This document shows, piece by piece, positions 37,778 to 40,687 of a stretch of 40,687 bases of DNA (the first letter of the stretch is position 1; each line of letters begins with the position of its first letter). Position numbers and translations under genes: made by a program. The notes under the pieces were generated by a model that worked only from the letters and a program-made list of their open reading frames with translations, searched no databases and was not told where the DNA came from. Location: the IMG/VR virus record IMGVR_UViG_2563366891_000016; one strand, 5' to 3'. Source of the DNA: a virus (Duplodnaviria; Heunggongvirae; Uroviricota; Caudoviricetes).

Positions 37778-38026
37778 TTAGTGAACAAACCACTCGTCAG
37801 CAGATTCCCAGGTATCTTTCAGAGTCTCCTGAACAAAAGTTTTTACAGAATCCTTATCTGCGGTGCGTGTAACAGAAAGGCCATCGTTGCTGGTGGCTTT
37901 TACGATCACCTCTACATCATCATAACGTTTACTGATGCGTCGGGTTAATTCTTCCTTTAACGCGTCCACAGCACCGGTTGGCATTTTAGTCATTTTTTCT
38001 TTGGCTATGCAGATTTCAATACGCAT
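37778..38026 (-). CDS. DinI-like protein
   Basis: 82 aa with MRIEICIAK start and [10 protein letters not shown] end, matching the DinI family pattern. Confidence 0.65.
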   Translation of the reverse strand: MRIEICIAKEKMTKMPTGAVDALKEELTRRISKRYDDVEVIVKATSNDGLSVTRTADKDSVKTFVQETLKDTWESADEWFVH

Positions 38027-38087
38027 AAAAGTCCCTCTGTACTGTGTTTGTATACAGTGTTATTTTTAACTGTATGGATAAACAGTG

Positions 38088-39185
38088 TCAAGAGGTCTTA
38101 TTTCTGCTCCTTTGGAGCTCTTCAAAACGATTATGTAAAGATTTCGGATACAGTTCGGTATATACCTGCCATAGCACGTTTAATGAACGATGCCCTGTAA
38201 CTTGGGCGACTTCCTCAATACTAAAACCAGCCTCAAATAAGCGACTTGCCCCTTCTCTACGCAAATCATGGTATCGCAGATCTTTAATACCTAATTTGCT
38301 TCTTACCCTCTGAAATCCCGCAGTAACAGAAGTGCTGTTATATGGAAAAATGAATTCCGATTTTTGGGGCTGTCGTTGGACGATATCCCAGGCTTCCCCA
38401 AGCAAGGCTACTTTCATGTGGTTGCCTTCCTTTTTGCGTGGATCTTTCCTGTCTCTTACGAGTATAGATTTTTGTTCTTGGTCGAGATCTTCCCATCGTA
38501 ACCGGCATACTTCTCCGATTCGCATACAGGACCACACAGAAAATTTGAGGATATCAACGAACGGAATTTTTGAGCATTTATGAGTAGATCGTTGTTGAAG
38601 GCCTTCAATGAGCATGTCCAGTTCATCAGATGCTGGTCTACGATTACGACGGTTTGATTTACCAATCAAACCAAGTTTAAGTAGATATGGACGAGCGCTT
38701 TTCGCTGGGTTTGATGTGTAATTAATTCCGTATACAGGTTTGGCTGCATCCAGAACACTGCCAAGATAACTAACATCGTGGCTGACTGTTGCTGGACCTG
38801 CACCAGCGTTGTTTCTTAGCCTGCAATGTTCAATTACGTCATTTTCGGTCAGTTCGGATAGTTTGATCGCGGAGATGTCACTATCCATAAGCAGTTCCAG
38901 CACATATCTTTTAGTACGGCCTGCTTTACCTCCGGCATTTGGGTCATTTAAATATTTGTGTAGTAAGTCACGGACTGTAAGTCCGTCAACTGCATTTGAT
39001 GATGGAATGCCATATAGATCTAATTCCATCACTTTCTGTGTACCCCATGTTTTGGCATGGGCATGTTTAGGGAATGTTTTGCTTTCCCTGTAAGTGATAA
39101 CACCTTTTTCTTTGATAATCACATTACAGCGATAGCGTGGTGTGCCATCGGATTTTAGTCGTTTCTCTATGTTATAGTACGCCAT
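38088..39185 (-). CDS. int: Tyrosine site-specific integrase (dusA-associated type)
   Basis: 365-aa protein with a candidate catalytic R...HxxR...Y arrangement (RIGE, HDLRR, C-terminal Y); encoded directly next to attR and the phage-supplied dusA 5' end. Confidence 0.85.
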   Translation of the reverse strand: MAYYNIEKRLKSDGTPRYRCNVIIKEKGVITYRESKTFPKHAHAKTWGTQKVMELDLYGIPSSNAVDGLTVRDLLHKYLNDPNAGGKAGRTKRYVLELLMDSDISAIKLSELTENDVIEHCRLRNNAGAGPATVSHDVSYLGSVLDAAKPVYGINYTSNPAKSARPYLLKLGLIGKSNRRNRRPASDELDMLIEGLQQRSTHKCSKIPFVDILKFSVWSCMRIGEVCRLRWEDLDQEQKSILVRDRKDPRKKEGNHMKVALLGEAWDIVQRQPQKSEFIFPYNSTSVTAGFQRVRSKLGIKDLRYHDLRREGASRLFEAGFSIEEVAQVTGHRSLNVLWQVYTELYPKSLHNRFEELQRSRNKTS

Positions 39186-39204
39186 TACACGACCTCGTTA
39201 TTTC

Positions 39205-39240
39205 GGGTTCCCATAAAATGTGGGAACCTGTGCGGGAACC
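39205..39240. promoter_or_regulatory. Repeated (T/C)GGGAACC motifs between int and dusA (putative integrase arm sites and/or dusA promoter)
   Basis: gggttccc (inverted) at 39205-39212, tgggaacc at 39221-39228, cgggaacc at 39233-39240; a further copy tgggaacc at 1477-1484 just inside attL. Confidence 0.4.
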
Positions 39241-39273
39241 TAACGCGAGAAAAATAGCCTGAAATGTTCAAAA

Positions 39274-40311
39274 ATGCACGATAATCCTGAAACACAGAAA
39301 ACTAATCAAACCAGCGTGATGCCTGAAAAAACTGGCGCTTACTGGAGTTCCCGGTTTAGCATTGCTCCTATGCTCGACTGGACGGACAGACATTGCCGCT
39401 ATTTCTTGCGTCTGCTTTCCCGCAATACGTTGCTGTATACCGAAATGGTGACTACAGGGGCGATTATTCACGGTAAAGGTGATTACCTGGCGTACAGTGA
39501 AGAAGAACATCCGGTAGCATTGCAACTGGGCGGTAGCGATCCGGCGGCGCTGGCGCAGTGTGCAAAGCTGGCAGAAGCGCGCGGATATGATGAGATCAAC
39601 CTGAATGTCGGCTGCCCGTCTGACCGGGTGCAGAACGGCATGTTTGGGGCGTGTCTGATGGGTAATGCGCAGCTGGTTGCCGACTGCGTGAAAGCGATGC
39701 GCGATGTGGTGTCGATTCCGGTGACGGTGAAAACGCGTATTGGCATCGACGACCAGGACAGCTATGAATTTCTCTGCGATTTCATCAACACCGTTTCCGG
39801 CAAAGGCGAGTGTGAGATGTTCATCATCCACGCACGTAAAGCCTGGCTTTCGGGGTTAAGCCCGAAAGAAAACCGTGAAATCCCGCCGCTCGATTATCCG
39901 CGTGTGTATCAACTGAAGCGTGACTTTCCGCATCTGACAATGTCGATTAACGGTGGCATCAAGTCGCTGGAAGAGGCTAAAGCGCATTTGCAACATATGG
40001 ATGGCGTGATGGTCGGGCGCGAAGCGTATCAGAATCCGGGTATTCTGGCGGCGGTAGACCGAGAGATCTTTGGTTCCTCGGATACCGATGCCGATCCGGT
40101 GGCGGTAGTGCGCGCCATGTATCCGTACATTGAGCGTGAACTCAGCCAGGGGACGTATCTTGGCCATATTACCCGGCATATGCTGGGCTTGTTCCAGGGT
40201 ATTCCTGGCGCGCGGCAGTGGCGGCGTTATTTAAGTGAAAATGCCCATAAAGCGGGTGCAGACATTAATGTGCTGGAACACGCGCTCAAACTGGTGGCGG
40301 ATAAGCGTTAA
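39274..40311 (+). CDS. dusA: tRNA-dihydrouridine synthase A, with phage-supplied 5' end
   Basis: 345-aa ORF with the DusA TIM-barrel sequence as recalled ([13 protein letters not shown] ... NLNVGCPS ... VKTRIG); the first ~35 codons belong to the prophage arm. Confidence 0.9.
   Translation: MHDNPETQKTNQTSVMPEKTGAYWSSRFSIAPMLDWTDRHCRYFLRLLSRNTLLYTEMVTTGAIIHGKGDYLAYSEEEHPVALQLGGSDPAALAQCAKLAEARGYDEINLNVGCPSDRVQNGMFGACLMGNAQLVADCVKAMRDVVSIPVTVKTRIGIDDQDSYEFLCDFINTVSGKGECEMFIIHARKAWLSGLSPKENREIPPLDYPRVYQLKRDFPHLTMSINGGIKSLEEAKAHLQHMDGVMVGREAYQNPGILAAVDREIFGSSDTDADPVAVVRAMYPYIERELSQGTYLGHITRHMLGLFQGIPGARQWRRYLSENAHKAGADINVLEHALKLVADKR
39320..39377 (+). other. attR crossover region within the dusA 5' end
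   Basis: Identical blocks shared with attL (atgcctgaaaaaactg, atgctcga); homology ends at 39377 on this side and at 1423 on the attL side. Confidence 0.55.
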
Positions 40312-40340
40312 CTTTTCACCAAAAAATAGTCAAATTCACC

Positions 40341-40369
40341 ACGCCCTGCGCACCGTCGCGGGGCGTTTT
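40341..40369 (+). terminator. Intrinsic terminator after dusA
   Basis: Stem acgccctgcg/cgcggggcgt (one mismatch) followed by tttt. Confidence 0.5.
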
Positions 40370-40393
40370 GCTGTTAAATCAATAGATTATTTT

Positions 40394-40408
40394 TGGCATG
40401 ATTCTTGT
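40394..40408 (+). promoter_or_regulatory. Sigma-54-type promoter-like element upstream of pspG
   Basis: TGGCAT-N5-TTGT resembles the -24/-12 consensus TGGCAC-N5-TTGC, about 37 bp before the pspG ATG. Confidence 0.4.
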
Positions 40409-40444
40409 AATGCCAGCAAGAGATTTCATATTTGGGAGAGCATC

Positions 40445-40687
40445 ATGCTGGAACTACTTTTTGTGATTGGCTTTTTTGTCATGTTGATGGTCACCGGCGT
40501 TTCGTTGCTGGGCATTATCGCCGCGCTGGTTGTGGCGACGGCCATTATGTTCCTCGGCGGTATGCTGGCATTGATGATTAAGTTGCTGCCGTGGTTACTC
40601 CTGGCGATTGCGGTGGTGTGGGTTATTAAGGCGATTAAAGCACCAAAAGTGCCGAAATATCAGCGTTATGACCGCTGGCGTTACTAA
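40445..40687 (+). CDS. pspG: Phage shock protein G (80 aa inner-membrane protein)
   Basis: ATG at 40445 with gggagag RBS; 80-aa hydrophobic protein MLELLFVIGFFVML..., immediately downstream of dusA. The 150-aa track ORF is an upstream overextension. Confidence 0.8.
   Translation: MLELLFVIGFFVMLMVTGVSLLGIIAALVVATAIMFLGGMLALMIKLLPWLLLAIAVVWVIKAIKAPKVPKYQRYDRWRY

Larger units (their letters stand above)
1424..39377. mobile_element. Integrated temperate prophage (~38 kb), dusA-inserting, CPS-53/SfV-like mosaic
   Basis: Bounded by duplicated dusA 5'-end homology (attL 1320-1423, attR 39274-39377); tyrosine integrase at the right end adjacent to dusA; complete regulatory, replication, lysis, head and tail modules in between. 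Confidence 0.85.

Noticed and set aside
40235-40687. 150-aa track ORF upstream-extended version of pspG
   Set aside because: The extension spans the dusA terminator and the sigma-54-like promoter; the 80-aa ORF from ATG 40445 with its own RBS is the pspG-sized product.

Overview
This window is an enterobacterial (E. coli-like) chromosome segment carrying one complete ~38 kb temperate prophage (about 1424-39377) inserted in the 5' end of dusA. The phage supplies a replacement dusA 5' end plus promoter (dusA 39274-40311, followed by pspG); the displaced native dusA 5' end survives as a 41-codon stub at 1320-1445, downstream of an AT-rich 318-aa host-side ORF (1-957). The prophage is a mosaic: lambdoid immunity/replication/antitermination (CI, Cro, CII-like, O-like with internal iterons, Dam, RusA, Q), lambda-like lysis (S, R, Rz/Rz1), an HK97-like head module (HNH, TerS, TerL, portal, protease, capsid) and a Mu-like contractile tail with a -1 frameshift chaperone. 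Its early-left operon matches the yfdP-Q-R-S genes of the K-12 CPS-53/KpLE1 remnant (recalled from memory, by length and order), so it looks like an intact CPS-53/SfV-like phage with a dusA-type integrase. No single feature is clearly unprecedented; the best candidates for something new are the att-proximal accessory pair (1568-2474), the opposite-strand moron (6548-6925), the zinc-ribbon moron between tR' and the holin (15230-15472), and the int-proximal cargo: an O-antigen-type acyltransferase, a decayed tRNA-Thr-like relic and a DinI-like gene (35784-38026). No CRISPR array, rRNA or intact tRNA was seen. All family assignments are by eye from the translations, not by search.
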